Sequence record: MT446396.1
Direction: 5' to 3' (one strand)
DNA length: 64,000 nt
Source: Escherichia virus TH22
A model generated the notes under the pieces. The model saw nothing but the letters and a program-made list of their open reading frames with translations. It was not told the DNA's origin and made no database searches. Positions 46,598-55,734 of the stretch are shown piece after piece. The translations under genes were made by a program, and so were the position numbers. Position 1 is the stretch's first letter, and each line of letters opens with the position of its first letter.

Positions 46598-47626
46598 ATG
46601 TCATATATTGATAGAGAATTTGCAGTCAGAGCTTTATCGTATCAACCACGTTATAGAGAAGTCACCGGGAGCACATTTAAGGCAAACTGTCGTTGCAAGG
46701 TTTGTGGTGACTCCCAGAAAGATTCGCACAAGGCTCGATTCTGGGCGTATACCAATCCGTCTGATGGTGCGGTTTACGTGAAATGTTTTAACTGTGACTA
46801 CTCCACGCATATAAGCAAATACATAAAAGAGTTTGAGCCGGATTTGCACCGGGAATATATGGTTGAGAAGTACAAGGAAAACGCCTTCGGTCGACAACGT
46901 AATGAAGTTGCAGAAGCTCCGAAAGAACAAGAAAAAACTCCGGTTATTGAAGAGCTTGCTTTTTGCGAAAGAATCGATACTTTACCAGAAGCGCATCCGA
47001 TAGTTAAGTATGTGAAAAGTCGGTGTATTCCGAGCAATGTTTGGAACCGGTTATGGTTTACAAACAAATGGCCTGCATTAGTTAACTCCGTTAATCCTGG
47101 GACGTATAAGAATGAAACGAATGAACCACGCTTGGTTATTCCTATCTTCAACGGCAAAAAAGAAATCGAATCTTTCCAAGGACGAGCTCTTCGCAAAGAT
47201 GCACCACAAAAATATATCACAATCAAAGCTCACCCAGAAGCTTCCAAAGTCTATGGCGTAGACAAGATTGATGAGCGCAAGCGCGTGTGGGTAATGGAAG
47301 GTCCGATTGATAGTTTGTTTATCCCTAACAGCATTGCGATAACCGGTGGAACATTAGCATTGGAAGCCGTTCCTTATGCTGAAACCCGAGTATGGGTAAT
47401 GGACAACGAGCCAAGACATCCGGATACGATTAAACGTATGAAGAAGCTCGTTGAAGCGGGTGAAGCCGTTATGTTCTGGGACAATGCACCATGGCATACG
47501 AAAGACATAAATGAGATGGTTAAATCGGAGGGCGCAACCCCTGAACAAATCGAATCATATATGGCCGATAACATTGCTCAAGGGTTGATGGCGAGAATGC
47601 GACTTTCGAAGTACGCAAAAGTTTAG
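46598..47626 (+). CDS. 61: DNA primase gp61
   Basis: 342 aa; N-terminal zinc-binding region CRCKVCGDS...CFNC and Toprim-like core; matches T4 gp61. Confidence 0.95.
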   Translation: MSYIDREFAVRALSYQPRYREVTGSTFKANCRCKVCGDSQKDSHKARFWAYTNPSDGAVYVKCFNCDYSTHISKYIKEFEPDLHREYMVEKYKENAFGRQRNEVAEAPKEQEKTPVIEELAFCERIDTLPEAHPIVKYVKSRCIPSNVWNRLWFTNKWPALVNSVNPGTYKNETNEPRLVIPIFNGKKEIESFQGRALRKDAPQKYITIKAHPEASKVYGVDKIDERKRVWVMEGPIDSLFIPNSIAITGGTLALEAVPYAETRVWVMDNEPRHPDTIKRMKKLVEAGEAVMFWDNAPWHTKDINEMVKSEGATPEQIESYMADNIAQGLMARMRLSKYAKV

Positions 47627-47747
47627 GAAGGGATTCCGGTAAGTTCCACAGAAAAACATCAAGAGCTAAAAAGCCCATGATGTTTCTTGTCTTTCTTACT
47701 GGTTAATTTCCAAATCCGATGGAATAATATTCACATTATTCCATCTA

Positions 47748-47942
47748 TATAAGGCCGATTAATGCCAGTAAAATATCTACAACTGATTCGAGTGCAATGA
47801 CTGGTAATATAACACCATGTGTCAATGCAACAGGGGCAACAACGAAGTTCCAGAGTAGAACTAAACAGAGTATCGAAAGGACCAGAATCGTTCGCTTACG
47901 ACTGCCTTTGATGGCTTGAATTAGACTAGATAGTTTGAGCAT
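47748..47942 (-). CDS. hypothetical small hydrophobic protein
   Basis: Only non-overlapped minus-strand ORF; ATG preceded by AAGGAGG; two hydrophobic segments. Confidence 0.45.
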
Positions 47943-47961
47943 ATATCCTCCTTCCGTGTAT

Positions 47962-47990
47962 TTATGCTTCAAACCAATATGATATAATTA
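47962..47990 (+). promoter_or_regulatory. middle promoter (MotA box) upstream of gene 56
   Basis: TATGCTTCA MotA-box-like about 12 bp upstream of TATAAT. Confidence 0.5.
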
Positions 47991-48027
47991 ACATACAAAA
48001 TAACATGAATTGATAAGGAAAAATATA

Positions 48028-48546
48028 ATGGCTCATTTTAATGAATGTTCACAACTGATTGCCGGTGTTGATAAAGCTGAAGAAGCTTATGACAATGCAA
48101 TTACAAAAGGTACTGACCCGCTGCAGATTATGCTTGATATGCAGAAATCATTGCAAGTTCGTCTGGCTACTGAAAAACCAGAATATAACTCACATCCAGA
48201 TGAATTGGCTACTGCAGGTGATGTTGTTGCATGGCTTCGTAACCAGAAAGATTATGTCGACGACGAATTCCGTGAACTTCTGACTTCTCTCGGTGGTATG
48301 TCTAATGGCGAGAAAGCTGCATCTAGTGTATGGAAACCATGGAAAGTCCAACATGCTGAATTCCGTAATCGTCGTATTGATGAGTTGTCTCCCGAAGACC
48401 AGCTCGAAATTAAATTTGAGATGATTGATATCCTGCACTTTGTTCTGAACATGTTCCATGGCCTTGGACTGACTGCAGAAGAAATCTTTAAATTGTATTA
48501 CCTGAAAAACGCTGAGAACTTTGCTCGTCAGGACCGGGGTTATTAA
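48028..48546 (+). CDS. 56: dCTPase/dUTPase gp56-like (all-alpha NTP pyrophosphatase)
   Basis: MAHFNEC...DPLQIMLDMQ...ETAGDVVAWLRNQKD...IDILHFVLNMF...IFKLYYLKNAENFARQDRGY closely matches T4 gp56. Confidence 0.9.
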   Translation: MAHFNECSQLIAGVDKAEEAYDNAITKGTDPLQIMLDMQKSLQVRLATEKPEYNSHPDELATAGDVVAWLRNQKDYVDDEFRELLTSLGGMSNGEKAASSVWKPWKVQHAEFRNRRIDELSPEDQLEIKFEMIDILHFVLNMFHGLGLTAEEIFKLYYLKNAENFARQDRGY

Positions 48547-48548
48547 GT

Positions 48549-48556
48549 TATAAATA
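48549..48556 (+). promoter_or_regulatory. late promoter TATAAATA upstream of soc
   Basis: Exact TATAAATA about 30 nt upstream of soc ATG. Confidence 0.6.
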
Positions 48557-48587
48557 CACCCGTAATTAAACAACAAAGGAGTTAATT

Positions 48588-48821
48588 ATGGGTGGTTTCG
48601 TTAATATCAAAACCTTTACGCATCCAGCTGGTGAAGGTAAAGAAGTTAAAGGTGTTGAAGTATCTGTTCCGTTTGAAATCTATTCAAATGAGCATCGTAT
48701 TGCAAATGCACACTATCAGACTTTTCCTTCCGAAAAGGCCGCTTATGTCACCGTAGCGTCTAGTGCAGCTGATTGGCGAACTAAGAACGCGGCGATGTTT
48801 ACGCCTACCCCAGTAGTTTAA
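48588..48821 (+). CDS. soc: small outer capsid protein Soc
   Basis: GFVNIKTF...AHYQTFPSEKAAY matches T4 Soc; late promoter TATAAATA 30 nt upstream. Confidence 0.85.
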   Translation: MGGFVNIKTFTHPAGEGKEVKGVEVSVPFEIYSNEHRIANAHYQTFPSEKAAYVTVASSAADWRTKNAAMFTPTPVV

Positions 48822-48825
48822 TTAT

Positions 48826-48852
48826 AGGGACTCTTCGGAGTCCCTTTTTGCT
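48826..48852 (+). terminator. rho-independent terminator after soc
   Basis: GGGACTC-TTCG-GAGTCCC then TTTTTGC. Confidence 0.7.
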
Positions 48853-48897
48853 TTTAATAGAAGCGGTATAATTATTTCAATTACAGAGGAGAATACT

Positions 48898-49095
48898 ATG
48901 TTAAACCGTTGGATTAAACCAAACAAAGCTTTAGATGAAATTATTGCGCATGATGTCCATTTTAAGTATGGTCTGGGTGTGTTTGATGAAGTTATCGTAC
49001 ATTCATTCATGATGCATGACGATGACTCTTTAGAATTCAATATTGAAATCAGTTATGATGATGGTCAAGTTGAATTTAAACGAGGTTTCCTATGA
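48898..49095 (+). CDS. hypothetical protein
   Basis: Follows terminator at 48826; SD GAGGAGAATA. Confidence 0.4.
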   Translation: MLNRWIKPNKALDEIIAHDVHFKYGLGVFDEVIVHSFMMHDDDSLEFNIEISYDDGQVEFKRGFL

Positions 49096-49433
49096 TTAGT
49101 TGGCTCAAGAATTTATTCAAGACTAAACCAAACGAGGGCGTGGTTCCAGTTAGCCCGCCAGATGTTAAGCTAAGAGAATATGCTTACATGGGTGATGGTA
49201 TGATGGAAGAAGTGGTCAAATCGAAATCAAAAGACCTATATTCTACAATGTCAGAAGAAGACTTACAAAAACGTTTAACTCGACTGCAAGAACAAAGAGC
49301 CCAAGCGCAAAGCAGTATCGATACTACTTCGATTGTGGTCACCGCTGCCGCAGTTAGTTCGTGGACCGGTGATTCGTCTTATTCCTCCTATGATTCGGGA
49401 AGCTGTGATTCGTCTTCCAGCTCGTGTGATTAA
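49092..49433 (+). CDS. hypothetical protein with Ser/Cys-rich C-terminus
   Basis: C-terminal SSWTGDSSYSSYDSGSCDSSSSSCD. Confidence 0.4.
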   Translation: MISWLKNLFKTKPNEGVVPVSPPDVKLREYAYMGDGMMEEVVKSKSKDLYSTMSEEDLQKRLTRLQEQRAQAQSSIDTTSIVVTAAAVSSWTGDSSYSSYDSGSCDSSSSSCD

Positions 49434-49628
49434 ATGAGAATTACAAGTTGGCTTAAAGATTGGTTGGTTACTCCAGGGATTGATGATTCCTGGGTGGCCA
49501 GAGCCGAGGAAGAAATGCAGCGCGAAGCCGAAGAATGGGCCGTTAACGGGCTTAAAGCCATGCAGGAAAAGAAGACCGAACGAGCAGCGCTTAAACTGAT
49601 GCGTGATATCTACGGAGATAAATCATGA
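49434..49628 (+). CDS. hypothetical protein
   Basis: Start immediately after upstream stop. Confidence 0.4.
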   Translation: MRITSWLKDWLVTPGIDDSWVARAEEEMQREAEEWAVNGLKAMQEKKTERAALKLMRDIYGDKS

Positions 49629-49774
49629 CACAAGAAGATGCTGAACGCCGAGCAAAAGAAGCACTGGATTTGCTTTTGAAAATTGGCAGTAAAATGATGG
49701 AAGAAAACGAAAAGTACATCAAGGAAAATAAAGTTCCTGATGGTCCATTAGTCGGTAAGAGGAAAACATTATGA
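49625..49774 (+). CDS. hypothetical small protein
   Basis: 49-aa ORF with ATGA overlaps both sides. Confidence 0.3.
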   Translation: MTQEDAERRAKEALDLLLKIGSKMMEENEKYIKENKVPDGPLVGKRKTL

Positions 49775-50253
49775 AAGTATATGAATTAGAATTCTATGTC
49801 CGTGATTCGGCAGGTCAAACACGACCTTACGATGCTACCGCATGCCTTATCATGGTTTACAATGGCATGGATTCGGTCACTGCATTGGAAACAAAATTAA
49901 TGAACTTGACGATGCCAGAAAACGTTATGCTGAAGGTATTTCATAGAAAAAACGTTGATGTTGCCGAAGGGTGTCCGTTTACTGTTTCTGAAGCTCTGCA
50001 CATCAAAGGCTATCGTCACCCAGACCTTTATGGCGAAGATACCATTTTCTATAAAGATAGAGATAAAATGGCCACTGAACGTCTTCAAGGTCGCACATAT
50101 CTGATTTCCACTACCGACGACCTTGCTGAAGTCGAACGTCAGATTTGGAAACACTTTGATATTGGTCTGCGCTTTACTTTAACAGAAGAAGCTCTGCACG
50201 ATACTAAAGTCCGAGCTCGTATGTATGGTTACGGCCCTATCGGTGGTTACTAA
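49771..50253 (+). CDS. hypothetical protein
   Basis: 160-aa ORF; in the T4 mrh/srh region by synteny, no sequence assignment. Confidence 0.45.
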   Translation: MKVYELEFYVRDSAGQTRPYDATACLIMVYNGMDSVTALETKLMNLTMPENVMLKVFHRKNVDVAEGCPFTVSEALHIKGYRHPDLYGEDTIFYKDRDKMATERLQGRTYLISTTDDLAEVERQIWKHFDIGLRFTLTEEALHDTKVRARMYGYGPIGGY

Positions 50254-50432
50254 TGGATTTATTTGAACTTTTTGAAGAGCCTAAAGCTCCTACGGAAGCC
50301 CGTGTGGACCTAGTTGACGAACTTGATGCGATTATACAGAAGCACGGTTTTAGCCTCCCAATGGAAGTTCTACGCGACCTGGCCTCATATTACGATGACC
50401 CACCTCCATGGGCACCATGGGTGAAACAATGA
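50253..50432 (+). CDS. hypothetical small protein
   Basis: 59-aa ORF with overlapping start/stop. Confidence 0.3.
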   Translation: MDLFELFEEPKAPTEARVDLVDELDAIIQKHGFSLPMEVLRDLASYYDDPPPWAPWVKQ

Positions 50433-50677
50433 ACTGGTTAACAAATATTCCCACATCGGCGCTGGATATCGACCGTAAACATGCTCATAAGGAAATCGAG
50501 CAACAAAAAATTAATCGTTTACAAAGGCTTAAGACTGAATCCGAGACAATTAAAGTCGAAACCCCGATAAAATCGAAAAGTTCTTACTCATCATATCAAT
50601 CTCCATCATACCAATCTCCGATTGGTATGGCCGTAGACATTGCAGTCTTTGGCGTTCCACTTGGAGTGTTTAAGTAG
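50429..50677 (+). CDS. hypothetical protein with Ser/Tyr-rich segment
   Basis: KSSYSSYQSPSYQSP followed by hydrophobic C-terminus. Confidence 0.4.
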   Translation: MNWLTNIPTSALDIDRKHAHKEIEQQKINRLQRLKTESETIKVETPIKSKSSYSSYQSPSYQSPIGMAVDIAVFGVPLGVFK

Positions 50678-50733
50678 TTTACTTACTCCCCTCCTAATGA
50701 CATAATGGTCTTTCTTACAACAGAGAGACCATT

Positions 50734-51294
50734 ATGAACATCATCAAATCTGATACCGAACCCAACCAGTTAAAATTTAGTGAAATGGAGATAGCTTCAT
50801 TATTTGAATGCCGTACATCAAAGGTTGATAAGACCTTGCATTCAAATGTCAACTCAATCATCAAGTCAAGGTTGTCTATACCCGATACAGTCTTGTGGCG
50901 CGGGGTAACCCAGCAAGAGATTGATTTGTTAGATGAAGCAAAAGAATCAATGCAACCTTTTGAATTTGGACGGATAACCTCCTTTACAGAAGACTATGGT
51001 ATTGCCAGGGATTTTGCTGCAATGGAATATGTGACTAGGACTATCGTCAGATTGAATCAGACCAAAGCTTTTTGTTACCATGATGCGATGCGCAAAATCG
51101 CACTTGATGTTCCACTTGAATTCTTCAATACAGCTTCTGGTTCCGCACGGGCAGCTACATTAAGGCGTGAAGAATACATGGACATGATTGATTCCGAGCT
51201 TGAATGGTTTGTTCCAGTTGACCAGAAATTCGTGGTAGTTGATGCTGGATTTATTGATGATTATTATGTTCTTGACTGTGTACAAGAGCAATAA
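50734..51294 (+). CDS. ADP-ribosyltransferase, ModA/ModB family
   Basis: R-S-E signature: LWRG, SFTEDYGIARDFA (STS-like), ELEWFVP (ExE-like). Confidence 0.55.
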   Translation: MNIIKSDTEPNQLKFSEMEIASLFECRTSKVDKTLHSNVNSIIKSRLSIPDTVLWRGVTQQEIDLLDEAKESMQPFEFGRITSFTEDYGIARDFAAMEYVTRTIVRLNQTKAFCYHDAMRKIALDVPLEFFNTASGSARAATLRREEYMDMIDSELEWFVPVDQKFVVVDAGFIDDYYVLDCVQEQ

Positions 51295-51338
51295 GACACG
51301 TTAAGATGTTCCTATCAACTACTGATGAGGATAATAAA

Positions 51339-51953
51339 ATGCTGTACACTGATGACGTTTTGAATGGAATTATTGACACTGCCGCTTCTAGTGAGTCTTT
51401 TCGTAACCAATGCCAAGCGGAGATTGATGCTCTTTATACAGATAATGAGCAATCAGTACTCTGGCAGTGTATGGAAAATAAACCTGACCTGATTCAAGAA
51501 GACTTGTCCAGGATTATCCGCAACAATCTGAATACTGCACCACCCCCGGCGTTGTTCCGTGGTATATCAAAGAAAACTATGGAATACCTGGAAGATTTAA
51601 GATATGTTGGTGCAACGATTGAATTCAATCGTGTAATGAGTTTTTCCAGGGACTGGCAGGTTGCAAGAAATTTCGCATCATACAGTTTCTATGGAACAAG
51701 GAATATTTTCTGCATAAACAATGCACCATATGCGTATAACTATCAGGAAGCAATCTTCAAAATGATTTGTGGTGCTCCTCCTGAAGAGTTCAATGGTGCA
51801 TATCCAGAAGCAACCAGGAAGTCAAACTTGCACCTGGTTAATGATGAAGATGAGTTTATGTTTCCCGCTGGGACTACGCTCCGCGTAGACTTGATTGAAA
51901 CACACCCATTGAATAACCTGTATACTGTTTGGCATTTGACTGTTTTGAACTAA
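51339..51953 (+). CDS. ADP-ribosyltransferase, ModA/ModB family
   Basis: LFRG, SFSRDWQVARNFA, EDEFMFP; paralog of upstream gene. Confidence 0.55.
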   Translation: MLYTDDVLNGIIDTAASSESFRNQCQAEIDALYTDNEQSVLWQCMENKPDLIQEDLSRIIRNNLNTAPPPALFRGISKKTMEYLEDLRYVGATIEFNRVMSFSRDWQVARNFASYSFYGTRNIFCINNAPYAYNYQEAIFKMICGAPPEEFNGAYPEATRKSNLHLVNDEDEFMFPAGTTLRVDLIETHPLNNLYTVWHLTVLN

Positions 51954-52088
51954 CCAAAGACCTTAGAACCATTATACACAGTAAAAATAAAAGCGTTAAA
52001 GGCGAAAAAGTGGTGTACATGAAAGATGAACGGTGTATAATAATTTCATACTGAGTTACCAAATCGTCCGTAAGATGAGAAAAATATC

Positions 52089-52835
52089 ATGACTTTATCA
52101 AAAACCAAAACGCTGAAAGTTAAACGTCGCCTGGAACACACTCAAGCTTCTGCTAAACGTCGTGGCAAGGACTTTAACCTGGATTTCAATTACCTGGTTA
52201 ACATTCTTGACCAAAAAGTTTGTGCTTATTCTGGTGAAACATTTAATAACTCTATTGAAGGTGAGAAGTTATCATTAGAGCGTTTTAACAATGACATTGG
52301 TTATATCAAAGGTAATGTTATTCCTGTTAAAAAGAAATACAACACCATGCGTTCTGATTGGTCCCTGGATGAGCTTAAACAACGTCGTGATGATGTTGCT
52401 GTAAAAATTGCTCGTCCATCTGTCAAGAAGATTGAAAAGTTAAATCTGACTGCAGAGAAATGGGAACAGATTAAAAAGTCATATACCCATATCAAGAACA
52501 TCCAACACAAACGTGAGAATCGCGTTAAGCATTATGCTCAAATGAGTAAATCAGAGCAGTCCAAAGAAAACCAATTAAAAATGGTTGCTCTGAAGGCTCG
52601 CATTGATGGTTCCCGTATTGCGGAAGGTCATGAGCTTACTAAATTGAACGTCTTGCTCAAAGGTAATGACTGGAAAGTTACCAAGAAATTAACTAATGCT
52701 GAAACGCTTTTTGATTGCTATGATAAAATCATTCAAGGTCTTGAGCGTTTTGAGAAGATTGGTTTTATTGGTAAATTAAAACTGAAACGTGGTCTGCCTT
52801 TGAACGCGTCAATTTTTAAACTGATTAGAGGTTAA
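52089..52835 (+). CDS. hypothetical protein with degenerate HNH-like motif (Srd position)
   Basis: CAYSGETF...LSLERFNNDIGYIKGNVIPVKKKYNTMRSD resembles an HNH pattern with Cys/His replaced. Confidence 0.45.
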   Translation: MTLSKTKTLKVKRRLEHTQASAKRRGKDFNLDFNYLVNILDQKVCAYSGETFNNSIEGEKLSLERFNNDIGYIKGNVIPVKKKYNTMRSDWSLDELKQRRDDVAVKIARPSVKKIEKLNLTAEKWEQIKKSYTHIKNIQHKRENRVKHYAQMSKSEQSKENQLKMVALKARIDGSRIAEGHELTKLNVLLKGNDWKVTKKLTNAETLFDCYDKIIQGLERFEKIGFIGKLKLKRGLPLNASIFKLIRG

Positions 52836-52839
52836 TGTG

Positions 52840-53136
52840 ATGTACTACGCATATGTGCTGGTCCACAAAGATAAAGATGGTTTTGAACACCCATTGGAGT
52901 ATGATGGAAAGGTTACCTTATACACCACAAAAGTGGGCGCAGAATATGAACTTGCCAACTATTCATATACTACAAGCCGCTATTTACGCATGGGACGTAT
53001 TGAAACAGTATGCACACCTAGAAAATGGTGGTTTGATAAGTGGGAAACAAAAACTGTTTTTCCTACTGAAGAACACGCACGAGAATTGAAATTAATTTTA
53101 GATACTTTATATGTTAAGCGAGTAAAATTGGCATGA
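52840..53136 (+). CDS. hypothetical protein
   Basis: ATG 52840 (track start GTG 52837); directly upstream of dda. Confidence 0.4.
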   Translation: MYYAYVLVHKDKDGFEHPLEYDGKVTLYTTKVGAEYELANYSYTTSRYLRMGRIETVCTPRKWWFDKWETKTVFPTEEHARELKLILDTLYVKRVKLA

Positions 53137-54461
53137 TTAAATTTGAAGACTTGAACACAGGACAAAAAGAAGCTTTTGATTATATTACTGAAGCTATTCA
53201 GCGACGTTCAGGGGAATGTATCACTCTGAATGGTCCAGCTGGCACAGGTAAGACCACTCTGACAAAATTTGTCATTGACCACTTAGTGCGTAATGGAGTT
53301 ATGGGAATTGTGCTTGCTGCACCAACTCACCAGGCGAAAAAAGTTTTATCTAAATTGTCTGGTCAAACAGCGAATACAATCCATAGTATCTTGAAGATTA
53401 ACCCAACGACATATGAAGACCAAAACGTTTTTGAACAGCGCGAAATGCCTGACATGTCAAAATGCAATGTTCTGGTTTGTGATGAAGCAAGTATGTATGA
53501 CGGGTCTCTGTTTAAGATTATTCTTAACTCTGTTCCTGAATGGTGCACTATTCTTGGAATTGGTGATATGCACCAGCTGCAGCCAGTTGACCCGGGAAGC
53601 ACACAGCAAAAGATAAGCCCGTTCTTTACGCATCCTAAGTTCAAACAGATTCATCTGACTGAGGTCATGCGAAGCAATGCTCCTATCATTGAAGTGGCGA
53701 CAGAAATTCGCAATGGCGGCTGGTTCCGTGACTGTATGTATGAAGGTCATGGCGTGCAAGGTTTCACCTCACAAACCGCTTTAAAGGATTTCATGGTAAA
53801 CTATTTCAGTATTGTAAAAGATGCTGATATGTTGATGGAAAACAGGATGTATGCATACACGAATAAATCAGTTGAAAAACTGAACAATATTATTCGTCGC
53901 AAGCTCTATGAAACGGATAAAGCATTTTTACCGTATGAAGTCCTGGTTATGCAAGAGCCGCACATGAAAGAGCTGGAATTTGAAGGTAAGAAATTCAGCG
54001 AAACCATTTTTAATAATGGTCAGTTGGTTCGCATCAAGGATTGCAAATACACTTCCACTATTCTCCGCTGTAAAGGCGAATCGCACCAGTTAGTGATTAA
54101 TTACTGGGACCTGGAAGTTGAGTCAATTGATGAAGATGAAGAATATCAGGTTGACCGCATCAAAGTTTTACCAGAAGACCAGCAACCAAAATTCCAGGCA
54201 TATCTGGCGAAAGTTGCTGACACATACAAACAGATGAAAGCCGCTGGTAAACGTCCAGAGTGGAAAGACTTCTGGAAAGCGCGCAGGACCTTCTTGAAAG
54301 TCCGTGCTCTTCCGGTCAGTACAATCCACAAGGCCCAAGGCGTTTCAGTGGACAAAGCATTCATCTATACTCCATGCATCCATATGGCCGAAGCTTCATT
54401 AGCGAGCCAGTTGGCTTATGTTGGAATCACACGAGCGAGGTACGACGCATATTATGTATAA
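53133..54461 (+). CDS. dda: DNA helicase Dda (SF1B)
   Basis: Walker A GPAGTGKTT, LAAPTHQAKKVLSKLSG, C-terminal YVGITRARYD; matches T4 Dda. Confidence 0.95.
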   Translation: MIKFEDLNTGQKEAFDYITEAIQRRSGECITLNGPAGTGKTTLTKFVIDHLVRNGVMGIVLAAPTHQAKKVLSKLSGQTANTIHSILKINPTTYEDQNVFEQREMPDMSKCNVLVCDEASMYDGSLFKIILNSVPEWCTILGIGDMHQLQPVDPGSTQQKISPFFTHPKFKQIHLTEVMRSNAPIIEVATEIRNGGWFRDCMYEGHGVQGFTSQTALKDFMVNYFSIVKDADMLMENRMYAYTNKSVEKLNNIIRRKLYETDKAFLPYEVLVMQEPHMKELEFEGKKFSETIFNNGQLVRIKDCKYTSTILRCKGESHQLVINYWDLEVESIDEDEEYQVDRIKVLPEDQQPKFQAYLAKVADTYKQMKAAGKRPEWKDFWKARRTFLKVRALPVSTIHKAQGVSVDKAFIYTPCIHMAEASLASQLAYVGITRARYDAYYV

Positions 54462-54699
54462 AGTACATAAAGAAGATTTAGATAATCTTATCTATGGTAT
54501 TCAGGACGCGGTTGAATTTTTCGAAGATAATCCGACTATCGTCGTGCAGGGTAATTACGTTTTGCTGGAACTGAATCTTATTCGGAAACGTATGGCCGCG
54601 ATTGAATATTTTAACAATGAAGAGCCAGGGATTTTTATCTCCGACTATGTTGCTGGTGAAATTCAGAAATTAAAAGAGATGTGCGATGGTTGCTGGTGA
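54454..54699 (+). CDS. hypothetical protein
   Basis: C-terminus altered by 40-bp tandem duplication at 54649-54728. Confidence 0.4.
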   Translation: MYKVHKEDLDNLIYGIQDAVEFFEDNPTIVVQGNYVLLELNLIRKRMAAIEYFNNEEPGIFISDYVAGEIQKLKEMCDGCW

Positions 54700-54728
54700 A
54701 ATTCAAAAATTAAAAGAGATGTGCGATG
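54649..54728 (+). repeat. 40-bp tandem direct duplication (2 copies, 1 mismatch)
   Basis: GTTGCTGGTGAAATTCA(G/A)AAATTAAAAGAGATGTGCGATG twice in tandem; second copy ends in dexA ATG. Confidence 0.85.
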
Positions 54729-55409
54729 ATTGATGCTATTATTGACTTTGAAACTCTGGGAAACGGCTCGAAGGGAGCCGTTATTGACCTGGCTCTGATT
54801 ACATTCGAATCTGACCCTGCTATTGTGGAATCATTCGAAACCCTGGTTAATCGCGGCAAACGTATCAAGTTTAGCCTTGAATACCAAAAAGGTAAGCGTC
54901 TGTTCGATACAACAACCATGGGTTGGTGGAAAAAGCAATCAGCAGAAGCCCGTGTTAACTTGGCTCCTTCTGCGCAAGATGTTGATACTCTGACCGGTAT
55001 CCAACAGGCAATTGATTATCTGAATGGTAATGGAATTAACAAATACGAAAGCCTTATGTGGTGTCGTGGAATGTCTTTTGACTTCCCGTTGTTTGTTGAC
55101 CTTATCCGTGACCTACAGCGCAATGAGGGTATTCCCGAGCGTGAATTGAATACCTATGGCCTGGAGCCGGTTGTATTCTGGAACCAGCGAGATATCAGGA
55201 CAGCAATCGAAGCCCTATCACTCGTCCGTAAGATGTGTGAAACTCCATTACCAAAGGGGACTTTAGATGGATTTGTGGCGCATGATTCGGTGCATGACTG
55301 CGCGAAAGATATTTTGATGCTTAAGTACGCCCAGCGCTATGCTCTTGGTTTAGATGAAGTTCCTTCCGAAGAAGATGCAGACCCGTTATCTTTACCGAAA
55401 AAACGATAA
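54726..55409 (+). CDS. dexA: exonuclease A (DexA)
   Basis: 227 aa; DEDDh-like N-terminus MIDAIIDFETLG; position after dda as in T4. Confidence 0.9.
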   Translation: MIDAIIDFETLGNGSKGAVIDLALITFESDPAIVESFETLVNRGKRIKFSLEYQKGKRLFDTTTMGWWKKQSAEARVNLAPSAQDVDTLTGIQQAIDYLNGNGINKYESLMWCRGMSFDFPLFVDLIRDLQRNEGIPERELNTYGLEPVVFWNQRDIRTAIEALSLVRKMCETPLPKGTLDGFVAHDSVHDCAKDILMLKYAQRYALGLDEVPSEEDADPLSLPKKR

Positions 55410-55415
55410 AAAGTA

Positions 55416-55476
55416 GTGTACAAGGCCAATGGAAAGAGACATAATCATCTCATCAACTACTGATGAGGATAACAAA
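55416..55476 (+). promoter_or_regulatory. early promoter plus conserved leader
   Basis: GTGTACAAG -35, CATAAT -10, leader ATCAACTACTGATGAGG. Confidence 0.5.
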
Positions 55477-55734
55477 ATGATTACTTCTTTTGAAATTGGC
55501 CAACAATATGAAATGTCTGCTCTTCAAGCTGCTGAAGCAGGTCTGACTGAAGCGTTTGAATGTGCATTTACAAATATTCGTGGTAAAATCTTTACTGTCA
55601 ATAAAATTGCGGTATATGATAAAGAAACAGACATGAACAAAGGCATCTACCTGAACGTGTCAAACGCCAAAGGTCGTCGTGAAATTATGGTTGTACAACC
55701 TAATCAACTGGCGATGTTCAATAAGGTTGCATAA
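55477..55734 (+). CDS. hypothetical protein
   Basis: Early promoter and conserved leader upstream. Confidence 0.4.
   Translation: MITSFEIGQQYEMSALQAAEAGLTEAFECAFTNIRGKIFTVNKIAVYDKETDMNKGIYLNVSNAKGRREIMVVQPNQLAMFNKVA

Noticed and set aside
48028-48546. Treating the gp56 homolog as proof of hydroxymethylcytosine DNA
   Set aside because: gp56-family enzymes also act as dUTPases, and no hydroxymethylase or glucosyltransferase is in the window; the modification state cannot be decided from this sequence.
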